Positions 30,032 to 40,010 of a DNA stretch of 53,384 nt are shown here, one piece after another. Under the pieces are notes generated by a model. It was not told the origin of the DNA and ran no database searches. It saw nothing but the letters and a program-made list of their open reading frames with translations. The DNA comes from Pseudomonadota bacterium (GTDB taxonomy: Bacteria > Desulfobacterota > Desulfobacteria > Desulfobacterales > JBDRRP01), in NCBI GenBank assembly GCA_043825735.1, contig JBDRRP010000055.1:62001-115384 (forward strand). Direction: 5' to 3'. Position 1 is the stretch's first letter; each line of letters opens with the position of its first letter. The position numbers and the translations under genes are program-made.

Positions 30032-30817
30032 TCAGGCGAAACTCTTTATCAACGAGCCGATAATGAGATACCAGCCGTCGGCCAGGACAAAAAGCATGAG
30101 TTTAAAGGGCAGTGAAATCATGACCGGCGGCAGCATCATCATACCCATGGACAGCAGCACGCTGGCCACCACCATGTCCACGATGAGAAAGGGCACGTAG
30201 AGCAAGAGGCCGATCTGAAAAGCCGTTTTGACCTCGCTGATAATAAAGGCCGGAATCAGCACCACCGTGGAGACGTCCGCCATGGTGCGCGGCCGCTCGG
30301 CTTTGGCGATATCGATAAACAGCGCCAGGTCTTTTTCCTTGGTCTGGCGAAACATGAACTCGCGGATGGGTCCCATGGCCTTTTCAAGGGCCTGTTTCTG
30401 GTCGATACGGGACTCCAGGTAAGGCTGGATGGCGCCCTGGTTCACATTCTCCCACACCGGCATCATCACGAAAAACGTCAGAAAGAGCGACAGGCCGATG
30501 ACCACCTGATTGGGGGGCATCTGGTTGGTTCCCATGGCCTGGCGCAGCAGCGACAGTACCATGACGATGCGGGTAAACGAGGTGAGCATGATCAGGATGG
30601 CCGGCGCCAGAGACAGCACCGTCATCAGCAGAAAGATTTCCAGCACCGCGGGGAACCGCTGCCCTGCGCCGCCGGTTCCGGTGTCCACACCGATGCTCAG
30701 GTAGGGTGTATCCACCTTCAACGGTTCGGCATAAAGGGGTGTCGGCCCGGCCGGAACGATCACGGCCATCAGGGTCAACAGCACGATCAAAGCAGCGGTT
30801 TTCATGGTGCGTGTCAT
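30032..30817 (-). CDS. fliP: Flagellar export protein FliP
   Basis: Start MTRTMK after GGAGA; TSFTRI, PPNQV, GMMMLPP, DGW. Confidence 0.96.
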   Translation of the reverse strand: MTRTMKTAALIVLLTLMAVIVPAGPTPLYAEPLKVDTPYLSIGVDTGTGGAGQRFPAVLEIFLLMTVLSLAPAILIMLTSFTRIVMVLSLLRQAMGTNQMPPNQVVIGLSLFLTFFVMMPVWENVNQGAIQPYLESRIDQKQALEKAMGPIREFMFRQTKEKDLALFIDIAKAERPRTMADVSTVVLIPAFIISEVKTAFQIGLLLYVPFLIVDMVVASVLLSMGMMMLPPVMISLPFKLMLFVLADGWYLIIGSLIKSFA

Positions 30818-30894
30818 GGATTCTCCGGTTGTGATCGGTCCCGCCTCAGAGCGGGTGCGCATTCCCTCCCCTGACGAGACTGCCTTCGGGCAAA

Positions 30895-30911
30895 CGCAAG
30901 CGGTGTGCCAA
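30895..30911 (-). promoter_or_regulatory. Sigma54 promoter of the fliP operon
   Basis: Minus strand TTGGCACACCGCTTGCG. Confidence 0.8.
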
Positions 30912-31284
30912 CCCTGCGTCATGGGGCGAGGATCCGGCACTGCCACCGTTTTTCAACGTCTTTTCAAATTGTTGCAGAAACCAATTTCTGATGGCCGTTC
31001 CATATTTCTGATTCTCGACGGCGGTATTGCGGGATATTGATGACGCACCCGACAAGGCATTGACGGCGCGCGCGTCTTTTTGGCAGGTGCTGCCGGTGAA
31101 CGAGGCACCTTTCCACTCAGGCGTCTTGCGGCTGTCTTGTTTACAGCGTATCTGTCGAGATCCAAAGCGGTTGACCGAAACGCAAATAAGTGCATAACCA
31201 GGTAGTGGAATATGTGTCCCCCCATCGGTGGGGTTGCGTATTTGCCAGGCAGTTCACACCATCGCCCCCCATGGAGCGCACGCT

Positions 31285-32889
31285 ATGAAGATGAAAACGT
31301 TGTGCACGATACTGAGTGCCGGCCTGTTTTTCGCAGGTACCGCCAATGCCGGCCCGGTGGATCGGGTGCTGCGCTTCGGGGTGAACGTCAGCAAAATGGG
31401 AAACCTGGACCCTCATCTCGCCGCCGGATCACAAGACCGGGCATTAGCAGACATGGTTTTCAACGGGCTGCTGCGCTACCAGCCGGGCAACGCGCCCACC
31501 ATAGAACCGGATCTGGCCGCCAGCATCCCGGAATTCGAAATGATCGATGGCCGCCAGGTGTGGACGTTCTCCTTGCGCAAAGGGGTTCTGTTCCATCCAG
31601 GCCCCCTAACGGCCCCCTATGAATTGACGGCGGAGGACGTAGTCTACTCCCTTCGAAAATCGGCCGAAAAGACCACCAGCGCTTACGCGGGAGAGTACGC
31701 CGGCATGACGTTTGAAACCGTCGATGCCTACACGCTGCGCATCACCCCGGAGCGGCCACTCTCCGCCGTTCTTTTCCTGGCCAAGTTCACCAACTACGGC
31801 GGCGGGTTCATCGTCAGCAAGCGCGCCGTGGAAACCATGGGCCTTGCGGCGTTTCAGAAACACCCGGTGGGCACCGGCCCCTTTCGTTTCAAGCGCTATG
31901 AGATGAAAGAGAAAGTCGTGCTGGCCAGTCACCGGGAATACTTTCGGGGCCGACCGCTGCTCGATGGGGTGGAAATCCACTTCGCGCCAGATGGAAAAAA
32001 ACGGGCCGAGGATCTGCTCTCAGGCAAATTGGACGTGGTGATCGCCTCCGGCGACACCGGCTGGATCAACATGATGGCGGGGAAAAAGGGCATTTCCATC
32101 GACCCTCACGGGGTCGGAGAAATCACCACCATTTATTTCAACACGACGATAAAGCCCCTTGATGATGTCAGGGTCCGCAGGGCCATCGCCTATGCACTTA
32201 CGAAAGAGGACTTCATATCAGACATGGACGCCACCTTTGTCGGGGGGGCGGCCTACTCGCCGGTGCCGGCCAATCTGCTTCCGGGAGGGTTGACCCGAGA
32301 AGAGGCGGAGCACCTCGGCCTGGCCTACGATACCGATCTCAAGAAGGCCCGGCGCCTATTGGCTGAAACGGGGTATCCCGAAGGCTTCTCCTTGTCGATG
32401 GTATCGTCGGAAAAACGGCTTTATCGCCGGTACTATGAGACGCTGAGCAATAACCTGGCCCGTATCGGCATCACCTTCGTCATCGATATCCTTCCCCACG
32501 GTGAAATGCACAAACGAATCCGGACAGATCCCCAGCCCATCGTCATCTACGGCGCCTGGCGTCCCAATGCCGATGTCTATCTGACCCGCTTTTTCCACTC
32601 CGATTCCATCGTGGTGACCGGCGCCAATCCGGACACCAATTTTTCCCATTACGATAAAGTCGACAAACTCATCGAGGCCGCCCGCATCGAAATCGACCCG
32701 ATAAAGCAGGTCAATCTCTGGATCCAGGCCCAGATTCGCATCTTAGACGACATGGCCGCCTATCCGGTGATGACCACAAACCAGTGTTACCTGCGCAAAA
32801 AGAACGTCGATTACGGGCACCCGTTGGTATCGACCATGGCGCTGTACCCGCAGTTTACCGAAAAAACCAGATTTGTTCAGAATCGATGA
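31285..32889 (+). CDS. Periplasmic solute-binding protein, family 5 (DppA/OppA/NikA-like)
   Basis: Signal peptide MKMKTLCTILSAGLFFAGTANA; LDPH, PDLA, LRKGVLFH, PVGTGPF, DVRVRRAI. Confidence 0.9.
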   Translation: MKMKTLCTILSAGLFFAGTANAGPVDRVLRFGVNVSKMGNLDPHLAAGSQDRALADMVFNGLLRYQPGNAPTIEPDLAASIPEFEMIDGRQVWTFSLRKGVLFHPGPLTAPYELTAEDVVYSLRKSAEKTTSAYAGEYAGMTFETVDAYTLRITPERPLSAVLFLAKFTNYGGGFIVSKRAVETMGLAAFQKHPVGTGPFRFKRYEMKEKVVLASHREYFRGRPLLDGVEIHFAPDGKKRAEDLLSGKLDVVIASGDTGWINMMAGKKGISIDPHGVGEITTIYFNTTIKPLDDVRVRRAIAYALTKEDFISDMDATFVGGAAYSPVPANLLPGGLTREEAEHLGLAYDTDLKKARRLLAETGYPEGFSLSMVSSEKRLYRRYYETLSNNLARIGITFVIDILPHGEMHKRIRTDPQPIVIYGAWRPNADVYLTRFFHSDSIVVTGANPDTNFSHYDKVDKLIEAARIEIDPIKQVNLWIQAQIRILDDMAAYPVMTTNQCYLRKKNVDYGHPLVSTMALYPQFTEKTRFVQNR

Positions 32890-32910
32890 GAAATTGAGGG
32901 CGGTGCTTCA

Positions 32911-35703
32911 ATGAACATCCTCGGGAAAATACTGGTCACGACGCTGCCGATAGTGTTTTTCTTTCTCTTTTCCTCCGTCGGCACCGCCTACTATTTTTCC
33001 AGGCAGGCGATTACCGAGTTGGCCGAAACCTGGCTCAAAACCCGACTGTCTGAAGCCGTCAAAATAGCCGCCGATCAAAACGATCTGCTCCACACCTACG
33101 GGCTGGCAGACATCCCCGCCAGCATCGCCAAGGCCAAGCTTGACGCCGGCACCATGGTCTCGGCCATCGAAGTGGGCAAGCACGGGTACATCGTCGCCGT
33201 GGATGTAAACGGTGTCGTCGCCATTCACCCCGACCAGGCCAGTATCGGCAAATCCGTCCGCGGTGAGCCCTGGTTTCAGTCCCTGAAACCAGGGCCCGGC
33301 AGGATTGTATACCAGGCCGGTGCCGAGAAAAACCTTGCCATCTATGATTATTTCACACCGTGGCAATGGTATATCCTCGCCGCCGACCCGGAAAGTGAGG
33401 TCTACGGGTCGGCCAATCGCATGAAGCCCTATGTCTTTTACCTGGGTCTTTTCTGCGCAATGGCCATGTCCGCAGCGCTGATGCTGCTCACCCGGCGGTT
33501 AACAGAACCCCTGCGGGCCCTCACTCGTGGAGCGGAGAGCATTGGAAGCGGTGACCTGGAAACGCGAATCACCATCGACTCCCGCGATGAAATCGGTCGG
33601 CTGGGAGAGGTGTTCAACCAGATGACCTCCCGGTTGAAGGAGAGCCTCATCACATTGCAGCATCAAGAGGAGCATTTCCGAGCCCTCATCGAAAACGCCT
33701 CGGATCTGGTTACCATCCTGGACGCCAACGGGGACGTTGTCTATCAGAGCCCGTCCATCGAACGCATCCTCGGATACACCCGCGACGGGCTCATCGGTGA
33801 GTCTGTTTTCGATTTCGTTCACCCCGACGACAAAACTAAATTTGTAAAACTGTTCAAACAGCAGCTCAAGACCCCGGGTACCTGGGCATCCGTTGAATGG
33901 CGCATCAGCCATAAAGACGGATCATGGTGCACGCTGGAAGCCACCAGCAAAAACCTCCTTGATCATCCGGCCGTCCACGGCATTGTGGTCAATTCCCGCG
34001 ACGTGACCAAACGCAAGGTCGCCGAAGCGGCGCTCCACGAATATCAGCTGGAGTTGGAGCACCGGGTGGCAGAACGCACTGCGGAGCTGCTCCGGGCCAA
34101 CACCCGTCTCCGGGAGGAGATCGATGAACGCGAGCATGCCGAAAAGGCCCTGCGCGCCAGCGAGCATCGGATGAAAGGCATACTCCGGGCCTCGCCCGTG
34201 GGGATTGCCCTGGTCATCAACCGACGGTTGGACTGGGCCAACGAGACCCTATACCGCATGGTGGACTATGCCCCAGGGACCCTGGTGGGACAGGACGTGG
34301 AAATTCTCTATCCGGACTATGGCGAATACGAACGCGTGGGCCGGGTGCTCTATACCAAATCCACGCAATGGGAAATCGCCAAGGCTGAAACCCGGTTGGT
34401 GCGCTCGGACGGTACACTATTTGATTGTGTGATTCGGGCCTATCCGCTGGATCCTGCCGCACCGACAGACGGCCTCATCATCGCCTTATCGGATGTGTCC
34501 GAAGCCAAACGTCTCGAAGCGGAACTCCAGCATGCAAAGAAAATGGAAGCCGTGGGCACCCTGGCCGGCGGTGTGGCCCATGATCTCAACAACATCCTCT
34601 CGGGCATTGTCAGCTACCCCGAACTGCTGCTGCTGGAGCTACCGGAGGACAGCCCTTTGAGAAAACCGATCCTGACCATTCAAAGGTCCGGTGAACGTGC
34701 CGCCGCCATCGTTCAAGACCTGCTCACCATGGCACGGCGTGGGGTGGCAATTGTCGACGTCATCGATGTCAATGAGATTCTTTCCGATCAGCTGAAGAGC
34801 CCTGAATTCGACCAGTTGTTGTCATTTGCCCCCCTGGTTTCCATCGATGTCCACCTGGCATCCGATCTGCCGCCCATCAAAGGGTCGGCGGCCCACCTTT
34901 CCAAGTGTTTCATGAACCTGCTGTCCAATGCGGCGGAAGCCATGCCATCGGGGGGCACCATCACCATTGAGACGCAGTATGTCACGCTGGACAGGCGCAT
35001 CACCGGTAACGAGCGCCTGGGCCATGGGCATTACGTTGCCGTGTCCGTCTCGGATACCGGCGTGGGCATCTCGGAAGGCGACAAGGGACGGATCTTCGAG
35101 CCTTTTTACACGAAGAAAAAAATGGGGCGCAGCGGCAGCGGTCTCGGCATGGCGGTGGTCTGGGGGACGGTGAAAGATCACAAGGGGCACATCGATATCG
35201 ATAGTGAAGAAGGCCGGGGGTCCACGTTCACCCTTTACTTTCCAACGACCGGGGACCTCCTGCCACGAAATGGCCAGCCTTTTCTCATTGAAAAATACCA
35301 GGGCAACCGTGAGCGGGTGCTCGTCGTGGACGATTCTGATGTGCAACGGGAGATCGCCAAGCGCGTGCTGGAAAAACTGGGCTACACCGTCTCAATGGTG
35401 ACCAGCGGAGAAGAGGCCGTGGAATACGTGAAGAACAACCCGGTCGATCTGCTGGTTCTGGACATGATCATGCCCACGGGGATGGACGGTCTGGAAGCCT
35501 ATCAGAAAATCATCGAGATAAATCCCGCGCAAAAGGCGATTATTGCCAGCGGGTATTCCGAAACGGCCCGGGTACGGGCGGCCCAAGAACTCGGCGCCGG
35601 CAGATATATCCGAAAGCCCTACTCCATCGAAACCATCGGAGTCGCGGTCAAAGAAGCCCTTGAGGGCAATGGCGCCGTTTCCGGACACACTGCCATGACA
35701 TGA
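32911..35703 (+). CDS. Membrane hybrid sensor histidine kinase (Cache-like, HAMP, 2xPAS, HisKA, HATPase, REC)
   Basis: TM - periplasmic domain - TM; DEIGRL HAMP; PAS x2; GGVAHDLNN; DTGVG, FYTKK, GSGLG; C-terminal REC VLVVDD...LDMIMP...KP. Confidence 0.93.
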   Translation: MNILGKILVTTLPIVFFFLFSSVGTAYYFSRQAITELAETWLKTRLSEAVKIAADQNDLLHTYGLADIPASIAKAKLDAGTMVSAIEVGKHGYIVAVDVNGVVAIHPDQASIGKSVRGEPWFQSLKPGPGRIVYQAGAEKNLAIYDYFTPWQWYILAADPESEVYGSANRMKPYVFYLGLFCAMAMSAALMLLTRRLTEPLRALTRGAESIGSGDLETRITIDSRDEIGRLGEVFNQMTSRLKESLITLQHQEEHFRALIENASDLVTILDANGDVVYQSPSIERILGYTRDGLIGESVFDFVHPDDKTKFVKLFKQQLKTPGTWASVEWRISHKDGSWCTLEATSKNLLDHPAVHGIVVNSRDVTKRKVAEAALHEYQLELEHRVAERTAELLRANTRLREEIDEREHAEKALRASEHRMKGILRASPVGIALVINRRLDWANETLYRMVDYAPGTLVGQDVEILYPDYGEYERVGRVLYTKSTQWEIAKAETRLVRSDGTLFDCVIRAYPLDPAAPTDGLIIALSDVSEAKRLEAELQHAKKMEAVGTLAGGVAHDLNNILSGIVSYPELLLLELPEDSPLRKPILTIQRSGERAAAIVQDLLTMARRGVAIVDVIDVNEILSDQLKSPEFDQLLSFAPLVSIDVHLASDLPPIKGSAAHLSKCFMNLLSNAAEAMPSGGTITIETQYVTLDRRITGNERLGHGHYVAVSVSDTGVGISEGDKGRIFEPFYTKKKMGRSGSGLGMAVVWGTVKDHKGHIDIDSEEGRGSTFTLYFPTTGDLLPRNGQPFLIEKYQGNRERVLVVDDSDVQREIAKRVLEKLGYTVSMVTSGEEAVEYVKNNPVDLLVLDMIMPTGMDGLEAYQKIIEINPAQKAIIASGYSETARVRAAQELGAGRYIRKPYSIETIGVAVKEALEGNGAVSGHTAMT

Positions 35704-35711
35704 TCAGCTGA

Positions 35712-36071
35712 CTATTTTTTCCCGGCGGCCTGCTGCAACTGGCGAAGAAAGGATGGACGGGGACCGGCCTCGGGCTGGCGACGGATGGCCTCGACGGTGG
35801 CGGGATCGTCAATGGTGGCAAGCAGTGAAATGCGATCGGCGGTAACACCCAGCACCAGCACGGCGCCGGGAATTTCTACCAGCGAAACGTGTTTTTTCAC
35901 ACCCAGATGGGTGTTTCCCAGAACCGTCACGAGCCGCTGATGTCTGGGCCCACCGGAGATGATCGAAAACCGGCGAACTGCATAAAACAACAAGAGGATG
36001 ATACCTACCACCACGGCCAACGCGGCGATCATCGTCACCATGGCAGTGGTCAAGTCGGTGGTGGCATTCAT
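35712..36071 (-). CDS. fliO: Flagellar protein FliO/FliZ
   Basis: TM helix then LGVKKHVSLVEI...LVLGVT; follows fliN. Confidence 0.88.
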   Translation of the reverse strand: MNATTDLTTAMVTMIAALAVVVGIILLLFYAVRRFSIISGGPRHQRLVTVLGNTHLGVKKHVSLVEIPGAVLVLGVTADRISLLATIDDPATVEAIRRQPEAGPRPSFLRQLQQAAGKK

Positions 36072-36454
36072 TTGAGCCTCTTCACCCGTTCCAGCGGGCT
36101 GATGATTTCAGTGATCCGAACACCATAGTTCTCGTTGATGGAAACCACTTCGCCCCTGGCGATTAGCTTTTGATTGGCCAGGATTTCAAGAGTTTCACCA
36201 GCGGTCTTGGTGAGTTCGATGACCGAGCCCTGCCCGAGTTTGAGCAACTCATTGATGATCATCTTCGTTCGACCCAGTTCAACGGTGACCTCGAGGGGAA
36301 TGTCCAGAATGAACTCCAGATCTTCCTCGATGGCGTGCCCTTTCGGGCTATTCTTCGCATCGGTACCGCCTGACGAATGTCTACCAGCGTCCTTCATGGG
36401 GGAGGCATGGGGCAGATCGTAAGCGTTGTCTGCGGTGGCATCAGGGGCTGTCAT
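36068..36454 (-). CDS. fliN: C-ring protein FliN
   Basis: LDIPLEVTVELGRT, ARGEVV, GVRITEI. Confidence 0.95.
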   Translation of the reverse strand: MTAPDATADNAYDLPHASPMKDAGRHSSGGTDAKNSPKGHAIEEDLEFILDIPLEVTVELGRTKMIINELLKLGQGSVIELTKTAGETLEILANQKLIARGEVVSINENYGVRITEIISPLERVKRLK

Positions 36455-36524
36455 GAGGCTTATCCTATCTGGGGATTGTTGATTGTTTACAATCAGTTCG
36501 GCATTGCTGATCCGGGCAGCAGCA

Positions 36525-37493
36525 CTACTTCACCAACGCGGTCAACTGGACCGCTCGGTTGCCTTTGATGATACCGGGGAAACCCTGGTACTTTGGCACT
36601 TTCTCGACCTCAACCGAGATGGGGTCATCGGGGCCCGTATCTAGGCGGATGACGTCATTGATTTTGAGGTTCAACAGATCGCGCACCGTCTGATGCGTGT
36701 TGCCCAGAATGGAGACGATGTTGACCTTGGTCTCTTTCACCAGCGCTTGCAGCTGGGAGCTAAATGCGTCTTCCATCTCTTTTTCCCGCAGGTAGCGGGA
36801 AGAGAGCTTCTCTTTGATGGGCTCCAGCATCCGGTATGACACACACAGGTGCAGGTTACCGGTAAACTCCGCGCCGGTGACCGATAATATGATGACGATC
36901 AGCAGGTCATCCGGTGTACAAAGGTGCACATACTCCGGTTTGGTTTCTGTTTTCTTGATGACCACCCGTACCGGATGCACGATCTCCCAGGATTTCTCGA
37001 GATTCCGGAGCACCTCTCCGGCGAATTTGCGCATCATCCGCTGCTCGATGGCGGTAAACTCTCGGACGTCTTCGTAAGGTTTTCCGGCGCCCCCGAACAT
37101 ACAGTCGATAAGAGAGAAGACCAGACTGGGTTCGATGGCCAAAAGCGATGAGCCGATGAGCGGCTCCATATTGAAGATCGTGAAGTTGGTGGGATTTGAA
37201 AAGGCCTGGATAAACTCCCCGTATTTGACCATTTCCGTTGACACCAGCTCCACATCGATGTTTTTGTGCAGCAATGCGCCCAACGTATGATCCAGCAGAC
37301 TGGAAAACTTGTCGTAGACTTCCTCCAAGGCGTAGAACTGGTGTCTCAGCATCACCGACTGGGCCGTCAGATCGAAGTCTTTGATCTCCGGTGCAGCGTC
37401 TGATTTTGACTCCGGCTCGAAATCGATTTCACCCCTGTCCATGGCGGAAAGGAGAGCATCGATTTCTTCCTGTGACAGTACGTTTTCAGCCAT
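36525..37493 (-). CDS. fliM: C-ring protein FliM
   Basis: LSQEEIDALL CheY-binding motif; GG, REFTAIE; C-terminal SpoA domain. Confidence 0.95.
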   Translation of the reverse strand: MAENVLSQEEIDALLSAMDRGEIDFEPESKSDAAPEIKDFDLTAQSVMLRHQFYALEEVYDKFSSLLDHTLGALLHKNIDVELVSTEMVKYGEFIQAFSNPTNFTIFNMEPLIGSSLLAIEPSLVFSLIDCMFGGAGKPYEDVREFTAIEQRMMRKFAGEVLRNLEKSWEIVHPVRVVIKKTETKPEYVHLCTPDDLLIVIILSVTGAEFTGNLHLCVSYRMLEPIKEKLSSRYLREKEMEDAFSSQLQALVKETKVNIVSILGNTHQTVRDLLNLKINDVIRLDTGPDDPISVEVEKVPKYQGFPGIIKGNRAVQLTALVK

Positions 37494-37575
37494 GTCTTAC
37501 TTCCATCAAGGTTCTACGCAAGCGCATTTCGACTTCCGGCCCTGCGCTCAGCGGCAAGGCCTCCGGGGCACCGCC

Positions 37576-38043
37576 CTATTGAACGACAAATTCGGTATAA
37601 TAAATGTTTTTGATCTCACCTTTTGAGAGGATTTCATTGAAGGCGGTGATGAGCTCTTCCCGCAAGGTTTCCTTCCCGTCACTGCTGTTGATGTCGGCCA
37701 GGGTTTTGTTGGGCAAGATCATCAGCACGGCGTCGCGGATCTGCGGAAGCCGCGTCATGATTTCACTTCTCACGGGCTCTTCGCTGAGTTCCAGCTCAAC
37801 GGTCATTCTGAGATATCGGCTTCCACCCGACTCGGCCAGGTTGACCACGAAGGGGTTCAGCGCCATCATGGGGCCCAGTTTGGGGACCTTCTCCTCAACC
37901 ACCGCAACTTCCGCGACTTCTTTCTCCGGTGGCGGCGCGCCGAGCTGACTGATTTTGGACCACATGATGAAGAATCCCGCACCCAGACCGGCCACCAAGA
38001 TAAAGCCTACGATGCTGAGAATGATGATGATTTTTTTTGACAT
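37576..38043 (-). CDS. fliL: Flagellar basal-body protein FliL
   Basis: Start MSKKIIII after GGAGG; TM; FVVNL, RYL, YYTEFVVQ. Confidence 0.93.
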   Translation of the reverse strand: MSKKIIIILSIVGFILVAGLGAGFFIMWSKISQLGAPPPEKEVAEVAVVEEKVPKLGPMMALNPFVVNLAESGGSRYLRMTVELELSEEPVRSEIMTRLPQIRDAVLMILPNKTLADINSSDGKETLREELITAFNEILSKGEIKNIYYTEFVVQ

Positions 38044-38152
38044 GTTGACCCTCCAGAAAATCCCGATGACAGCCCGTGACCCGATAAATCCCAGACAGCG
38101 CCGGTGATGTGCGGACCAATGACGCCCGAGGGGACCGGACGCCAATCAGTAT

Positions 38153-38168
38153 AGCAAGTTCAGTGCCA
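38153..38168 (-). promoter_or_regulatory. Sigma54 promoter of fliLMNO
   Basis: Minus strand TGGCACTGAACTTGCT. Confidence 0.8.
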
Positions 38169-38456
38169 GTGCAGATTTCTTCGTGGACGCCGTGGCCGTC
38201 GTGGTTTCTCTCGGATTTGCAGGCGTCTGAAGCCTCCGGTGGCCCGCTGACCCAGTCCCATCGTCAACTGGTTGACGATCCGGAAACCGGCTCCCGTCAA
38301 CCGCATCGACATCGAGAACGATCCCGCTTGTCCAAAAGGCGAGAGGCGCCGTTGCCGGCGCCTCTCTGGGGGAGATACGGTTAGGGTTAGGGGGAGAAGG
38401 GTTGCGGAGCCGCGGCGCACCCGCCGCTCCGCAGCGATGATTACCGAGCGGGTTGA

Positions 38457-39293
38457 TTACCGTTTGGCCTGAATCAGGGCCGTGAGGATCTCGTCACTGG
38501 TGGTGATCACCTTGGCATTGGCCTGAAAGGCCTTCTGGGTGACGATGAGCTTTGTAAATTCGGTGGCCAGATCCACATTGGATTTTTCGATGTTGCCGGA
38601 GCTGATTTTTCCCATACCGGCCGCTCCTGAAAAACCGCCGGTGGCCACCAGGGGCAGGCCCGATGCGTTGGACTGTGCGTAAAGATTGCCGCCCTTCTTG
38701 GTCAGTCCCTGAAGGTTGGGAAAATCGTAGAGCGCCACCTGCCAGAGGTTGTCCCGGTTGCCGGTGGCGATGTTGATGCCGCTGACGATCCCGTCTTCTT
38801 CCATATTGTAGCTTCGGTGGGTTGCAGCGGCTGTCAGGTCGACCTGGATATTCACCGGAACGGCGGCCGGGGGGGTAGCCACCGGACCGCCGGAGACATC
38901 GTAGCCCTGGACCAAAAGCCCCTCGGGGTTGGTCAGGTACCCGCTGGCGTCGAAACCGAAGTTGCCCGCACGGGTATATACGAGATCCGTGCCGGCGGCG
39001 CCGCCGTCACGCACCTGAAAAAATCCGCGACCGGAAATGGCCAGGTCGGTGGGGTTGCCCGTGGGCTCGAGGGATCCCTGATTCCACTGCGCGGTGATTC
39101 CGGCAACGGCCACGCCGGCGCCGGGGCTGGCAGCACTGCCGCCGCCGAGGGACTCGTTCATGATATTGGCAAACAGGATGCTCGAGCTCTTGAAACCCGG
39201 GGTGCTCACATTGGCGATATTGTCACCGACGACAGTCATGGCAGCTGTGTTGGCGCCCAGTCCTGAGATAGCGGTGTAGAGAGATCCGATCAT
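38457..39293 (-). CDS. flgE: Flagellar hook protein FlgE (short, 278 aa)
   Basis: Follows flgD; SLYTAISGL...GDNIANVSTPGFK, DLAISGRGFF, YTRAGNF, SNVDLATEF...QKAFQANAK. Confidence 0.88.
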   Translation of the reverse strand: MIGSLYTAISGLGANTAAMTVVGDNIANVSTPGFKSSSILFANIMNESLGGGSAASPGAGVAVAGITAQWNQGSLEPTGNPTDLAISGRGFFQVRDGGAAGTDLVYTRAGNFGFDASGYLTNPEGLLVQGYDVSGGPVATPPAAVPVNIQVDLTAAATHRSYNMEEDGIVSGINIATGNRDNLWQVALYDFPNLQGLTKKGGNLYAQSNASGLPLVATGGFSGAAGMGKISSGNIEKSNVDLATEFTKLIVTQKAFQANAKVITTSDEILTALIQAKR

Positions 39294-39323
39294 TGTTCTT
39301 CTCCTTATAGGGTATCAATCAAT

Positions 39324-39986
39324 TTACGGTTTGACTTCGATGACATCGGTAAAGGCGATTTCCTCGCCGGGAACCTGAAGATATGCCTTCTGTCCCCGGA
39401 ACGACACCGCGCTGACCTGACCGGCGGTATAGGTGATCGGCGTCAGTGGTGCGCCCGAGGCGTCCACGGCCAGCACTTCGGCGCGGTAGACACCGTCTGC
39501 GACCGGCAGGTCCAGCTCGTTGCGCCCGTTCCATGGGATGAGATGGTCGCCCTCGGCAACGCCGGCCATTTCCACGGTGGCGACATACCGGCCGGTGGTA
39601 TCATAAATCTTCACCCACACGGTCTCGGCCGCATCATCCAGACGGAACCTGATGTCGGACATGCTCTCGCCGGCATGGGAAAAGGTGTCGCCTTCGTGCA
39701 GGACCGTCTTTCCAATGAGGGAGACGGCCTGGCTGCTGTGCAGAGTGGACTGTGCCGTGTTCAGATCCGAGAGCGACCCGTTGATATTCTGCAGGTACTC
39801 CAGAGAGCTGAACTGGGCCAGTTGTGCCGTAAACTCGGTGCCTTCCATGGGATTGAGCGGGTCCTGGTTTTGCATCTGTGCGACGAGCAGCTTTAGAAAA
39901 TCATCTTTTCCCACCACCTGTGTGGAGATGCCGACAGTGCTGGCCGTCTGCGGGGATGTGGTCGATGCGGTTGCGGCGATACTCAT
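39324..39986 (-). CDS. flgD: Hook capping protein FlgD
   Basis: DDFLKLLVAQMQNQDPLNP; FlgD Ig domain WNG. Confidence 0.95.
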   Translation of the reverse strand: MSIAATASTTSPQTASTVGISTQVVGKDDFLKLLVAQMQNQDPLNPMEGTEFTAQLAQFSSLEYLQNINGSLSDLNTAQSTLHSSQAVSLIGKTVLHEGDTFSHAGESMSDIRFRLDDAAETVWVKIYDTTGRYVATVEMAGVAEGDHLIPWNGRNELDLPVADGVYRAEVLAVDASGAPLTPITYTAGQVSAVSFRGQKAYLQVPGEEIAFTDVIEVKP

Positions 39987-40010
39987 GATGTGCTCCTAAA
40001 GCCTGTTGGT

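Noticed and set aside
38044..38456. Absence of motAB/flbD between flgE and fliL (and of fliD/fliS in the window)
   Set aside because: These genes are often located elsewhere in deltaproteobacterial genomes; cannot be judged from this window.
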